A stretch of 64,000 nt of DNA from an uncultured Acidobacteriota bacterium. Its GTDB lineage: Bacteria; Acidobacteriota; Vicinamibacteria; Vicinamibacterales; SCN-69-37. Position numbers and translations under genes: made by a program. The notes under the pieces were generated by a model. It saw nothing but the letters and a program-made list of their open reading frames with translations. It had not been told where the DNA came from and did no database searches. How positions within the stretch are numbered: position 1 is the stretch's first letter; every line of letters starts with the position of its first letter. The stretch is taken from assembly GCA_963780895.1 (NCBI GenBank), contig CAWAEG010000001.1, forward strand, positions 522,179 to 586,178. The letters are read 5' to 3'. Positions 35,064 to 47,923 of the stretch are shown here, piece by piece.

Positions 35064-35684
35064 GTGACTCGACTGTTCCCGACCTTGCCGCGACACAGCC
35101 GCGCCCGCGCGGCGTGGCGCGTTGGCGTACCGGTCTTCCTGACGATCCTCGTCATGTTCATGACGGGGCCGGACGTCGTGCTCGCCGCCTCGGATGCCGA
35201 AGAGGGGCATTCGAGCTGGATGCCCACGATCGCGAAGATATTCAACTTCGCCGTCCTTGCGGGCATTCTCGTGTATTTCCTGCGTGCGCCGATTGCCGGT
35301 TACCTGCGGAGCCGAAGCGAGACCATCCGGAAAGACCTGGTCGAGGCGGCCTCGCTCCGGTCGTCGGCCGAGGCGCAACTCACCACCATGCGGACCCAGC
35401 TGGCGCAGCTGCCCGCCGAGCTCGAGGCCCTCAAGCGCCGCGGCCAGGAAGAGCTCGCGGCCGAGGGCGTGCGTATGAAAGAGGCGACCGCGCGGGCGCG
35501 CGATCGGCTGCTGGAGCGGACGCGGCGCGATATCGATCTGCAGTTCCGGCTCGCGCGGCGCGCGCTGCTCGAGCACACGGCCGAGCTCTCGATCTCGCTC
35601 GCGCGCAGGCGCGTCGAACAGACGATCACCAGCGACGATCACCGCCGGCTGATCGACCAGTACGCGGCCGAGGTGCACGCATGA
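35064..35684 (+). CDS. atpF: F0F1 ATP synthase subunit b
   Basis: TM segment (IFNFAVLAGILVYFL) followed by a coiled helix, directly before atpH. The start may lie downstream of 35064. Confidence 0.75.
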   Translation: MTRLFPTLPRHSRARAAWRVGVPVFLTILVMFMTGPDVVLAASDAEEGHSSWMPTIAKIFNFAVLAGILVYFLRAPIAGYLRSRSETIRKDLVEAASLRSSAEAQLTTMRTQLAQLPAELEALKRRGQEELAAEGVRMKEATARARDRLLERTRRDIDLQFRLARRALLEHTAELSISLARRRVEQTITSDDHRRLIDQYAAEVHA

Positions 35685-36229
35685 CCTCGCGGGCCATCGC
35701 GCGGCGGTACGCGGCCGCGCTCTTCGACGTGGTCCGCAAGGACGCCGACGTCGATCGCGCCCTGCGCGAGCTCGAGGCGATCAAGGCGGCGATCACCGGT
35801 CATGAACAGTTGCGCAAGGTGCTCGAGTCGCCGGGCGTGCCGATGGCGACGAAGCGCACGATTCTCGAGGCGATCGTCCGGAGCCTGGGCGACGTGTCAC
35901 CGCAGATCGTCCGGCTGATTGGCCTCCTCGGGGAGCGCGATCGGCTCGCGATGGTTGTGGACATCGCCGATGCCTTTGCCGAACGCGTCATGCATTCGAA
36001 AAAGATCGTCCCGGCGGAAGTCGTGACGGCCGTTCCGCTCGCCGACGACAGCCGGGCGGCGCTGGCGGCGGCGCTCGGACGCGCGGCCGGCGCGCACGTG
36101 ACGATGACCGAGCGCGTGGATCCCTCGATCATCGGCGGCGTCGTCGCCAAAGTCGGCAGCGTCGTGTTCGACGGCAGCGTGACGACGCAGCTCGCGCGGA
36201 TGCGGCAGAAGCTCGTTGCGCAGAGTTAA
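35681..36229 (+). CDS. atpH: F0F1 ATP synthase subunit delta (OSCP)
   Basis: The ATG at 35681 overlaps the atpF stop (ATGA). MTSRAIARRYAAALFDVVRK...IIGGVVAKVGSVVFDGSVTTQLARMRQKL. Confidence 0.88.
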   Translation: MTSRAIARRYAAALFDVVRKDADVDRALRELEAIKAAITGHEQLRKVLESPGVPMATKRTILEAIVRSLGDVSPQIVRLIGLLGERDRLAMVVDIADAFAERVMHSKKIVPAEVVTAVPLADDSRAALAAALGRAAGAHVTMTERVDPSIIGGVVAKVGSVVFDGSVTTQLARMRQKLVAQS

Positions 36230-36326
36230 GGAAAGACCGCCCGAGGAGAGCGAGGCTTGGCGAGCGCCGCAGGGCGGGCGAGCGGGGGTGGGGCCCCGCG
36301 AGCAAGTAATAAAGAAGGGCTAGTGC

Positions 36327-37850
<1,524 letters not shown>

Positions 37851-37857
37851 CGCGCCG

Positions 37858-37888
37858 GAACTTCAACCGTCGAACTTCGAAGTTCACA
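37858..37888. repeat. GAACTTCGAA-family repeat (contains the 14-nt palindrome GAACTTCGAAGTTC)
   Basis: GGAACTTCAACCGTCGAACTTCGAAGTTCAC lies between atpA and atpG. Confidence 0.7.
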
Positions 37889-37909
37889 AAGGGCTTTTCA
37901 GGAGCGATC

Positions 37910-38782
37910 GTGCCATCACTTATCGACATGCGCCGGCGCATCCGCGCTGTGAAGTCCACGCAGCAGATCACGAAGGCCATGAAGATGGTGGCCGCGTCGA
38001 AGCTGCGCCGCGCGCAGGAGCGCGTCATCGCGACGCGTCCGTTCGCGCGTGAGGCCCGGCGGGTGCTGGCGAGCATCGCGTCCCGCGTCGATCAGTCGGC
38101 CCATCCGTTGCTCGATCGGCGGCGCGGCGCGGCCACGGGCTCGACGCTGCTCATCGTCATCACCGCCGATCGCGGCCTCTGCGGGAGCTTCAACACGAAC
38201 ATCATCAAGGCCGTCGCGGCGTTCCTCCGCGAGAATTCCGGCCGTCCGGTCTCGTTCGGGCTGGTCGGGCGCAAGGGGCGCGACACGCTCGGGCGCCGCG
38301 GCCTGCCCGTGAAGTTCGAATACGTGAATCTGCCGAAGGTGATTCACTTCGCCGAGGCTGAGGCCGTCGCCCAGCCCGCGGTGGCGGAATTCGTCGAGGG
38401 CCGGGTGGACAGCGTCCACCTGATCTACAACGAGTTCAAGTCGGTGATGCAGCAGAAGGTCGTGGTGGAGCAGCTGCTCCCGCTCGCGCCGATCACCGAG
38501 GAAGAGCAAGCGGCCGCGCGCTCGACGACCGAATACTTGTACGAGCCGTCGGCACAGCGGATTTTCGAGGTGCTGCTCGGCCGTCTCGTCGAGGCGCAGG
38601 TCCTGCGCGCGCTGCTCGAATCGAACGCGGCATTCTACGCGGCGCAGATGACGGCGATGGACGCCGCGACGCGGAATTCGGCGGAGATGATCGAAGGCCT
38701 GACGCTGACGATGAACAAAGTCAGGCAGGCGGCGATTACGCGGGAGATTATTGAAGTGGTTTCAGGGGCACAAGCGTTATAG
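37910..38782 (+). CDS. atpG: F0F1 ATP synthase subunit gamma
   Basis: IRAVKSTQQITKAMKMVAASKLRRAQ...ITADRGLCGSFNTNI...NKVRQAAITREIIEVVSGAQAL. Confidence 0.94.
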   Translation: MPSLIDMRRRIRAVKSTQQITKAMKMVAASKLRRAQERVIATRPFAREARRVLASIASRVDQSAHPLLDRRRGAATGSTLLIVITADRGLCGSFNTNIIKAVAAFLRENSGRPVSFGLVGRKGRDTLGRRGLPVKFEYVNLPKVIHFAEAEAVAQPAVAEFVEGRVDSVHLIYNEFKSVMQQKVVVEQLLPLAPITEEEQAAARSTTEYLYEPSAQRIFEVLLGRLVEAQVLRALLESNAAFYAAQMTAMDAATRNSAEMIEGLTLTMNKVRQAAITREIIEVVSGAQAL

Positions 38783-38903
38783 GGCAAGTGAGATTCATGC
38801 GTGAGGCGGGTCTGTCCCCGCTCGCGTAAGCGGGACGGACCCGTTGGCTGGTTCGATGCTTGATGTTGATTTGAGTCAAGCACCTGGTGAAGCTGATTGC
38901 TGA

Positions 38904-40358
<1,455 letters not shown>

Positions 40359-40361
40359 GCC

Positions 40362-40787
40362 GTGGCCACACCACCCAGACACCTCACGCTCCAGTTCGTG
40401 ACGCCGGAGCGGGCCATCGTCCACGAGGATGTGGACGAGGTCGTGTTGCCGGGCGAGGAGGGGGCCATCGGCGTGCTGCCCGGTCACGCGGCGCTGCTCG
40501 CGGCGCTCAAGACCGGCGAGATGTGGTATCGCAAGGGTCCCGAGAAGAAGTTTGCGTTCGTCGCGGGGGGCTTCGCGGAGATCGTGCCCGACCGCGTCTC
40601 GATCCTCGCCCAGGTGGCCGAGCGCGCCGAAGACATCGACCTCGCGCGCGCAGAAGCCGCCAAACGGCGCGCGGAGGAGCGGATCACGAAACCATCGTCC
40701 GAGATCGACATCGCACGCGCCCGCGTCGCGCTGCTGAGGGCCCTGACGCGCGTGCAGGTTTCCCGCCACACGCGCCCGCGCGGCTGA
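40362..40787 (+). CDS. atpC: F0F1 ATP synthase subunit epsilon
   Basis: LTLQFVTPERAIVHEDVDEVVLPGEEGAIGVLPGHAALLAAL..., in last position of the cluster. Confidence 0.88.
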   Translation: MATPPRHLTLQFVTPERAIVHEDVDEVVLPGEEGAIGVLPGHAALLAALKTGEMWYRKGPEKKFAFVAGGFAEIVPDRVSILAQVAERAEDIDLARAEAAKRRAEERITKPSSEIDIARARVALLRALTRVQVSRHTRPRG

Positions 40788-40793
40788 CGAGCC

Positions 40794-41564
40794 ATGGCGA
40801 CCCTTTCCTTCTCCGTCGCGTCCGATCCGGGCTTGCGCCGGGAAGATAACGAGGACGCGTACTGCGCGCGTGCCGACCTCGGCCTCTACATGGTGGCCGA
40901 CGGCATGGGCGGGCACGCCGCCGGCGAGGTCGCCTCGAAACTGGCGGTCGAGGTCGTCGAGCACTTCATCAACGACACGCGCGACGCCGACATCAACACC
41001 ACCTGGCCATTCCCGTACGATCCGGCGCTCAGCCTGGACGGCAACCGGTTGAAGGCGGCATTCCGGCTCGCCAATCGCCGCCTGGCGACGGCGATGGAGA
41101 ACGACGAGACGCTCCGCGGCATGGCGACGACGGCTGCCGCCCTTCTGGTCGGCCGGAAGAAGCCCGCGGTGGCACACGTCGGCGACAGCCGCGTGTATCT
41201 CTTTCGGGACGGAGGGCTCCGCCAGGTGACGCAGGATCACTCCTGGGTCAGCGAACAGGTTCGAGCGGGCGTGCTCACGGAAATGGACGCGCGCCGTCAT
41301 CCGTGGCGCAACGTCGTCACGCGCGCGCTGGCGGGCGGCGACGATCCGGAAGTGGATGTCACGGAGATCGAGGTTCGAGCCGGCGACCGGCTGCTCATCT
41401 GCTCGGATGGGCTGTCGGGTGTCGTGCCCGTCGATCGTCTCGAGGCCATCGTGGGCCAGATGCAGGGTCTCGACGAGACCTGCAAGGCGCTCATCGCGGC
41501 CGCGAACGAGGCCGGCGGACCCGACAACATCACGGTCGCCATGCTCAAGGTCGATGTGGCATAA
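40794..41564 (+). CDS. PP2C-family Ser/Thr protein phosphatase
   Basis: SDPGLRREDNEDAY...YMVADGMGGHAAGEVAS...GMATTAAALL...GDSRVYLF...LLICSDGL...GGPDNITVAML. Confidence 0.88.
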   Translation: MATLSFSVASDPGLRREDNEDAYCARADLGLYMVADGMGGHAAGEVASKLAVEVVEHFINDTRDADINTTWPFPYDPALSLDGNRLKAAFRLANRRLATAMENDETLRGMATTAAALLVGRKKPAVAHVGDSRVYLFRDGGLRQVTQDHSWVSEQVRAGVLTEMDARRHPWRNVVTRALAGGDDPEVDVTEIEVRAGDRLLICSDGLSGVVPVDRLEAIVGQMQGLDETCKALIAAANEAGGPDNITVAMLKVDVA

Positions 41565-42366
41565 CCTGGCCCGGCTGGGGCGGTACCGCGGGCTCATCCA
41601 AAGCCTCGTCGCCCGCGAGCTGAAGGCGCGTTACCGCGGATCGGTCCTCGGGTTCTTCTGGTCCTTCGTCAATCCCCTGCTGCTGTTGCTGGTGTACACG
41701 TTCGTGTTCACCTACATCCTCCCGGCGAAATTCATGTACCCTGACGGGAAAACTCCGATCGATCACTACGCCCTTTTTCTGTTCTGCGGTCTGCTGCCGT
41801 GGACGTGGTTCTCGTCCTCGCTGCTCGAGGCGTCGGGCTCGCTCATCAGCGGCGGGAATCTGATCAAGAAGGTGCTGTTCCCCGCGGAGGTCCTGCCGAT
41901 CGTCAGCGTGCTGGCGAACATGGTGCACTTCTTTCTCGGGCTGCTGATCCTGGCCGTGTTCTTCGTCGTCTACCGGCACGTTCCCGATCTGGCGGGGTTG
42001 TTCTGGTTTCCGGTCGCCGTCGCGGTCCAGCTCGTGTTCACGCTGGCGCTGGCCCTGTTGCTGTCGGCGCTCACGGTCCACTTCCGCGATATCCGCGACC
42101 TGCTCGCGAACCTGTTGACGTTCTGGTTTTTCGCGACGCCCATCGTCTACCCGTATTTCCTCGACACCGTCGCCAGCTTCAGGTGGCTGTTCGACTACAA
42201 CCCGTTCTTCCATCTGGCGGCGTCGTACCAGGAAATTCTGTACTTCGTCGGGCCGGTCGGGCACGTCCGGTGGCTCCTGGCGCTCGGCGTGGCCTCGGCC
42301 GCCCTGTTCGTGTTTGCATACTGGGTGTTCGACCGGCTCCGCGATTCGTTTGCCGAGGCGGTATGA
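41554..42366 (+). CDS. ABC-2 type (Wzm/TagG-like) polysaccharide export permease
   Basis: Internal Met of ORF 41356..42366: MWHNLARLGRYRGLIQSLVARELKARYRGSVLGFFWSFVNPLLLLLVYTFVF... with multiple TM segments. Confidence 0.85.
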   Translation: MWHNLARLGRYRGLIQSLVARELKARYRGSVLGFFWSFVNPLLLLLVYTFVFTYILPAKFMYPDGKTPIDHYALFLFCGLLPWTWFSSSLLEASGSLISGGNLIKKVLFPAEVLPIVSVLANMVHFFLGLLILAVFFVVYRHVPDLAGLFWFPVAVAVQLVFTLALALLLSALTVHFRDIRDLLANLLTFWFFATPIVYPYFLDTVASFRWLFDYNPFFHLAASYQEILYFVGPVGHVRWLLALGVASAALFVFAYWVFDRLRDSFAEAV

Positions 42367-43706
42367 GCGCGACCGAGGTGCGGCGCGCGCCGGCCGTGAT
42401 CGAGCTCGCGAACGTCTCGAAAGCCTATCGCCGCTATGGCGGGCGGCACTTCGCGACGCTGAAGAGCGCGCTGCTTCAGCGCAGCATCCTCCGCGATCTC
42501 CGGCCGAGCGAGATCCTCCCCGCGTTGAAGGACGTCTCGTTCTCGGTCCGCGAAGGCAGCACCTTCGGCGTCGTCGGCCGGAACGGGTCGGGCAAGAGCA
42601 CGACGCTGAAGCTGGTCGCCGGCATCACGAAGCCCACGAGCGGACGCGTGACGGTGCGGGGCAGGATCTCCGCGCTGATCGAGCTGGGCGCGGGATTTCA
42701 TCCCGAGATTTCCGGCCGCGAGAACATCTTCATCAACGGCATCATGCTGGGGCTGACGAAGCGCGAGATCCAGCGGCGCTTCGACGAGATCGTCGATTTT
42801 GCCGAGCTCCGTGAATTCATCGACGCGCCCGTCAAGACCTACTCGTCCGGCATGTACATGCGGCTCGGCTTTTCGGTCGCGATTCACGTCGATCCGGAAG
42901 TGCTGCTCGTCGACGAAGTGCTGGCCGTGGGCGACGAAGGCTTCACCCACAAATGCCTCGACAAGTTCGGCGAGTTCAAGCGGCGCGGCAAGACCATCCT
43001 GCTGGTCACGCACGCGCTCGGACTCGTCGAGCGCTTCTGCGATGAAGCGATCTGGCTCGATGAGGGGCAGAAGCGCGCCGAAGGCGATCCCAAGCGCGTC
43101 GTCGGGGCGTACATCACCGACGTCGAGCGCCAGGAAGAGCAGTTTCTGGCCGCCTCGGACGCCAGGACGCAGCACGACGTGGGAGCCGCCGACCGGCGTC
43201 CGCAAGGGCCGGTGGAAGCCGGCGACGCGGCGACGGACATGTCGCGCGCCGGCGAAGGCCGTTGGGGATCAGGCGGCGTCGAGATCACCGACGTACGGCT
43301 CGAGAACGATCAGGGACAGGCCACGCACGTGTTTCACACGGGCGAGCCCATGACCGTCCGGATGCAGGTGCACGCCCGCCGGCCGACGCGCGACTTCGTC
43401 TTCGGCGTCGGGTTGTTCAACTCGGAGGGGGTGTGCATTTACGGCACGAACACCGATATCGAAGAGCACACGGGCGACACGCTGGAAGGAACGGCGGAAG
43501 TCATGCTCGTGATCGAAGCGATCGACCTGGTGGAGGGGACGTACAAGCTCGACGTCGCCGTGCACAAACGCGACGGCGCGCCATACGACTATCACCGGCT
43601 GCTGTACACGTTTCGCGTGAAGTCACGGTTGGAGGATGTGGGAATCTACCGTCCACGGCACCGGTGGGAGTTTTCGGGCGGCGTGAGTTTCAAGCGGCTT
43701 GTCTAG
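42363..43706 (+). CDS. ABC transporter ATP-binding protein (Wzt/TagH-like, with C-terminal extra domain)
   Basis: The ATG overlaps the permease stop (ATGA). GVVGRNGSGKSTTLKLV, YSSGMYMRLGFSVA and LLVDEVLAVGD are present. The ~170-aa C-terminal beta-rich domain is typical of O-antigen-binding Wzt. Confidence 0.88.
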   Translation: MSATEVRRAPAVIELANVSKAYRRYGGRHFATLKSALLQRSILRDLRPSEILPALKDVSFSVREGSTFGVVGRNGSGKSTTLKLVAGITKPTSGRVTVRGRISALIELGAGFHPEISGRENIFINGIMLGLTKREIQRRFDEIVDFAELREFIDAPVKTYSSGMYMRLGFSVAIHVDPEVLLVDEVLAVGDEGFTHKCLDKFGEFKRRGKTILLVTHALGLVERFCDEAIWLDEGQKRAEGDPKRVVGAYITDVERQEEQFLAASDARTQHDVGAADRRPQGPVEAGDAATDMSRAGEGRWGSGGVEITDVRLENDQGQATHVFHTGEPMTVRMQVHARRPTRDFVFGVGLFNSEGVCIYGTNTDIEEHTGDTLEGTAEVMLVIEAIDLVEGTYKLDVAVHKRDGAPYDYHRLLYTFRVKSRLEDVGIYRPRHRWEFSGGVSFKRLV

Positions 43707-43740
43707 AAGCACACATGAGCTTCATGTTTAAGCTCTTTGG

Positions 43741-44220
43741 GTGAGAGTGATTCTGACTTCCGACACGGTCGCTGTCTTCGCTGAAGGCGAACGCCGCGCC
43801 GGCCGCCGCGTGGTTTTCACGAATGGGGTGTTCGATCTCCTGCACCCCGGCCACATCCGATACCTGCGCGCCGCCCGGGCCGAGGGCGACGTGCTGATCG
43901 TCGGCTTGAACTCCGATCGATCCGTTCGCGCGATCAAGGGACCCTCGCGACCGATCACGCCGGAACAGGAACGCGCGGAAATACTGTCGGCGCTCGAATT
44001 CGTGGATGCCGTCGCCATTTTCGATGAAGACACGCCGGCGGAGATCATCAGCCGCGTTCAGCCGGACGTGCTCGTGAAAGGCGCCGACTGGGGTCCCGAC
44101 AACATCGTGGGACGGGACACCGTCGAATCGCGCGGTGGACGCGTTGTCAGAATGCCGATCGAGGAGGGATGGTCGACGTCGGCGTTGCTGAACTCGGCGC
44201 GGGTGAAACGAGTGCGCTAG
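43741..44220 (+). CDS. rfaE2: D-glycero-beta-D-manno-heptose 1-phosphate adenylyltransferase (RfaE domain II type)
   Basis: [49 protein letters not shown]...VLVKGADW (cytidylyltransferase HxGH). Confidence 0.85.
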   Translation: MRVILTSDTVAVFAEGERRAGRRVVFTNGVFDLLHPGHIRYLRAARAEGDVLIVGLNSDRSVRAIKGPSRPITPEQERAEILSALEFVDAVAIFDEDTPAEIISRVQPDVLVKGADWGPDNIVGRDTVESRGGRVVRMPIEEGWSTSALLNSARVKRVR

Positions 44221-44222
44221 AA

Positions 44223-44275
44223 GACCTCGGGGTTCTTTTTTGCTGACAACCGCATGAAAACAGAACCCCGAGGTC
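44223..44275. terminator. 14-bp perfect stem hairpin (GACCTCGGGG-type element) after rfaE2
   Basis: GACCTCGGGGTTCT (44223-44236) and AGAACCCCGAGGTC (44262-44275). TTTTTT follows the first arm. Confidence 0.65.
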
Positions 44276-44298
44276 CTACGCTAGCATGAAGACTGAGT

Positions 44299-47200
44299 GT
44301 GATCGGCGCAGCTTCGTCCCTCGCGTTCCGCTCGTTGCTGAAAACGGCCGCAGCCAAGTCGGGTCTTGGCCGTGCCGTGCCCCGACTGAGCGGCCTTTCA
44401 CCCGCGGGCGCCGCGTTCCATGCCGCAGTGCTGTCGCAGGAAGACCCGGTCCTGCTCGTGGTGCCGACCGACGCGACCGTCGAGCAGATGGTCGGCGACG
44501 TTCGATTCTTTCTGTCGAGCCTCGAGGGGCTGTCGCGATCCGACGCGGAAAACGTGGTGCTGCCGTTCCCGTCGCAGGAAGTCGATCCGTATCGCGGCCT
44601 CGCGCCGCACCTCGAGGTCGCGTCCGCGCGCGCGCGGGCCCTCCACGCGCTCGCGACGGGCTCGGCGAAGGTTGTCGTCGCGTCCGCCCGTGCGCTGCTG
44701 CCGCGTGTGTCCGATCCGGATCGCATTCGCGACGCCGGCGTGTTGCTGGCGCCGGGCGTCGAGATCCCGCCGCCGGATCTCGGCGCGCGGCTCGCGGACG
44801 CCGGCTTTACCCCTGAAGATCCCGTGGACGAACACGGCGAGTTCTGCGTCCGCGGCGGGGTCGTGGATCTCTACCCGGCCGCAGACGCCCAGCCGATCCG
44901 CCTCGAGTTCATCGGCGACATCATCGAATCCGTTCGACGGTACGACGCGGCCACGCAGCGTTCCCTCGCGAGCATCGATCGCGTGGTCGTCAGCCCGCAG
45001 CGCGAACTGCTCGACGCTGATGACGAGGGGAGTCTGAACCGCTCGGCCACGATCGTCGACTATGCGCGGTCGGCCCGCGCCGCCGTCGTCGTCTTCGAAG
45101 GCGACGACGTCGCGGATCGCGGCCGGAAGCTCGAAGAGCAGTGGCGGAACAGCGCGGCGGACATGGAGGCCCGCGGCCGACAGATGCCGGCCTACGAGAA
45201 CCTGGCCGTCGCGTGGGACGAGCTCGCGGGCTGGTTGAGCTCCGCCCGTCATCTCACCCAACTCGCCATCGACGAAGACACGGCCGGCGGAAGCCACGTG
45301 GCGTGCCTGCCCACCCTCGAGTACCACGGGCGGGTCAACGACTGGGTCGACGAGATCAAGAAAGCGCGCGATCGCGCCGATCGCGTCGTCTTCGTCGCCG
45401 ACACGCCGGGCCGCGCCGAGCGCGTGGTCGAGCTTCTCGGCGACTACGAGGTCCGGGCCCGCGCGCTCTCGCAGGACGACGACCTCGAGTTCGCCGCCGT
45501 GCTCGTGACGACCGGCTCGCTCTCGCGCGGGTTCCACCTGGTGGACGCAGGCCTGCTGATCTTTGCCGAGACCGATCTCTTCGAGGAAGAACGGCGCGTT
45601 CACGAACGCCGCAAGTCGGCCGCCCGCACGTTCATCTCCGACTTCCGCGACCTCAAACTCGACGACCTCGTTGTGCACATCGACAACGGCGTCGGCAGAT
45701 TCGTCGGGCTGAAGCGGCTCGCGGTCGGGCCCGTCGATCCGGCGACCGCCAGACCGACCGAGCAGGAGTTCATGGAGCTCCGCTACGCCGGCGACGACAA
45801 GCTCTTCATTCCGCTCGAGCGGCTCGATCTCGTCCAGAAATACACCGGCGGTACGGCGCCCGCGCTGGACAAGCTGGGTGGCACCACCTGGGAGAAAGCC
45901 AAAACGCGCGTGAAGAAGGCCATGCGCGACATGGCCGAGGAGCTCCTCAAGCTCTACGCGGCGCGCAAAGCCGTCGCCGGACACACGTTCTCAGCCAACT
46001 CCCACTGGCAGCAGGAATTCGACGACGCGTTCGAATACGACCTGACGCCCGACCAGCTGACGGCAATCGCCGACATCACGCGCGACATGGAACAGCCCAC
46101 CCCGATGGACCGGCTGCTCTGCGGCGACGTCGGGTACGGCAAGACCGAGGTCGCCATGCGTGCGGCCTTCAAGGCCGTGATCGACGGCAAACAGGTCGCG
46201 TTTCTCGCGCCGACGACCGTGCTCGCCTTTCAGCACGTGCGGACCCTGCGTGACCGGTTCGCCGGCTTCCCTGTCCGCATCGAGCTGATCAGCCGCTTCC
46301 GCTCGAAACAGGAACAGAAAGATCTCGTGGTGCAGCTCGCGTCCGGCCAGATCGACATCATCGTCGGCACCCACCGGCTGCTGTCGAAGGACGTCACGTT
46401 CCGCGATCTCGGGCTCCTCGTCGTGGACGAGGAACAGCGGTTCGGCGTCGCGCACAAGGAACGGATCAAACAGCTCCGCAAGCGCGTGGATGTGCTCACG
46501 ATGACCGCCACACCGATTCCGCGGACGTTGAACATGTCGCTCGCGGGCATCCGCGACATGTCGGTCATCGAGACGCCGCCGCGCGACCGGCTCGCCATCC
46601 AGACGCAGGTCGTGAGGTTCGACCCCACGGTCATCACGCGCGCGATCCTCACCGAGCTCGAGCGCGGCGGCCAGGTGTACTTCGTCCACAACCGCGTCGA
46701 GTCGATCTACTCGATGGGCAATCTCGTGAGCCGGCTCGTGCCGGACGCGAAGATCGCGGTCGCGCACGGACAGATGGCCGAAGACGAGCTCGAGCGCGTG
46801 ATGGTCGATTTCGTCGCGCAGCGATCCGACGTCCTGCTCGCGACGACGATCGTCGAAAACGGGCTCGACATTCCGAACGCGAATACGATCGTCGTCAACC
46901 GCGCGGATCGGTACGGATTGGCGCAGCTCTATCAGCTTCGCGGCCGGGTCGGCCGATCGGATCGCCGCGCGTACGCCTATCTGCTGATCCCGGCCGAGCA
47001 GACGCTTTCGCCGATCGCGCGCCGGCGCCTGGCCGCCATCCGCGAGTTCAGCGACCTCGGCAGCGGCTTCCGGATCGCGGCGCTCGACCTCGAGATTCGC
47101 GGCGCCGGCAACCTGCTCGGCGGCGAGCAGAGCGGGCACATCGAGGCCGTCGGCTTCGACATGTACATGAAGCTCCTCGAGCAGACGATCCGCGAGCTCA

Positions 47201-47853
47201 AGGGCGAGGAGATCGAGGACGACCGGCGCGCCGCCGTCAACCTCCGGATCGATCTCCGAATCGACGAGACGTTCATCCCCGACATGAACCAGCGGCTGTC
47301 GGCGTACCGCCGCATGGCCAGCGCCCGCACCTTCGATGAGGTGCAATCGGTCCTCGACGAGCTCCAGGACCGGTACGGAACCCCCCCGGCATCCGTCCGC
47401 AACCTGGCGCAATACGCCCGGATCCGACTCATGGCCGACCGGATTGGCCTCGAAAGCGTCGACCGGGAAGGCCGAATCGTTGTCTTAAAGTTCAGGCAGG
47501 ACGCACGGGTCGACCCGGCCAGGCTGCCAAGGCTGCTTCAGGGCCGGGGCGATTTGACGCTGGTCCCGCCCGGATCGCTGAAACTCGATCTCGGGAAGCC
47601 CGCGGACGCGGCTCCGGACTCCGCGCCCAGATTACGTCCCGGAGGCCGTCCGCAGCCGCAGGGCCCCACGACGTCCTGGTGGACCGCCAGGGCAACGAGC
47701 GACGTCGAGCCGGGGTTCACGAGAGACGCCATCCTGGCCGAAGCGCCGCCCGATCCGGCTCAACCGGGCGGACTGTTCGACCGGGTCGGCGCCGTGCTCG
47801 AGCAGTTGAGTGAAATGATCTCCGAGGCCGTTTTTCGAGAAACGCGAAAATGA
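44299..47853 (+). CDS. mfd: Transcription-repair coupling factor Mfd
   Basis: 1184 aa. ...LLCGDVGYGKTEVAMRAAF..., DEEQRFGV, TATPIPRTL, the TRG motif region, and a C-terminal D7-like domain. Confidence 0.94.
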   Translation: MIGAASSLAFRSLLKTAAAKSGLGRAVPRLSGLSPAGAAFHAAVLSQEDPVLLVVPTDATVEQMVGDVRFFLSSLEGLSRSDAENVVLPFPSQEVDPYRGLAPHLEVASARARALHALATGSAKVVVASARALLPRVSDPDRIRDAGVLLAPGVEIPPPDLGARLADAGFTPEDPVDEHGEFCVRGGVVDLYPAADAQPIRLEFIGDIIESVRRYDAATQRSLASIDRVVVSPQRELLDADDEGSLNRSATIVDYARSARAAVVVFEGDDVADRGRKLEEQWRNSAADMEARGRQMPAYENLAVAWDELAGWLSSARHLTQLAIDEDTAGGSHVACLPTLEYHGRVNDWVDEIKKARDRADRVVFVADTPGRAERVVELLGDYEVRARALSQDDDLEFAAVLVTTGSLSRGFHLVDAGLLIFAETDLFEEERRVHERRKSAARTFISDFRDLKLDDLVVHIDNGVGRFVGLKRLAVGPVDPATARPTEQEFMELRYAGDDKLFIPLERLDLVQKYTGGTAPALDKLGGTTWEKAKTRVKKAMRDMAEELLKLYAARKAVAGHTFSANSHWQQEFDDAFEYDLTPDQLTAIADITRDMEQPTPMDRLLCGDVGYGKTEVAMRAAFKAVIDGKQVAFLAPTTVLAFQHVRTLRDRFAGFPVRIELISRFRSKQEQKDLVVQLASGQIDIIVGTHRLLSKDVTFRDLGLLVVDEEQRFGVAHKERIKQLRKRVDVLTMTATPIPRTLNMSLAGIRDMSVIETPPRDRLAIQTQVVRFDPTVITRAILTELERGGQVYFVHNRVESIYSMGNLVSRLVPDAKIAVAHGQMAEDELERVMVDFVAQRSDVLLATTIVENGLDIPNANTIVVNRADRYGLAQLYQLRGRVGRSDRRAYAYLLIPAEQTLSPIARRRLAAIREFSDLGSGFRIAALDLEIRGAGNLLGGEQSGHIEAVGFDMYMKLLEQTIRELKGEEIEDDRRAAVNLRIDLRIDETFIPDMNQRLSAYRRMASARTFDEVQSVLDELQDRYGTPPASVRNLAQYARIRLMADRIGLESVDREGRIVVLKFRQDARVDPARLPRLLQGRGDLTLVPPGSLKLDLGKPADAAPDSAPRLRPGGRPQPQGPTTSWWTARATSDVEPGFTRDAILAEAPPDPAQPGGLFDRVGAVLEQLSEMISEAVFRETRK

Positions 47854-47866
47854 CCTCGGAGGTCAT
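47850..47866. repeat. Single copy of the palindrome ATGACCTCGGAGGTCAT containing the mfd stop codon
   Basis: Read directly. The TGA at 47851-47853 is part of the palindrome. Confidence 0.7.
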
Positions 47867-47923
47867 CTCAGCTAAGATATTTGTTTCGTGTCAGTTGCGG
47901 CCAAGCGGCCGTGGAGTGCCCTC

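Noticed and set aside
43321-43341. parS-like half site (GTGTTTCACACGG), and CGTGAAAC pieces at ~18361 and ~60455
   Set aside because: Only one half of the 16-bp palindrome TGTTTCACGTGAAACA matches in each case, and all lie inside or next to unrelated genes. The search was by eye only, so true parS sites could have been missed.
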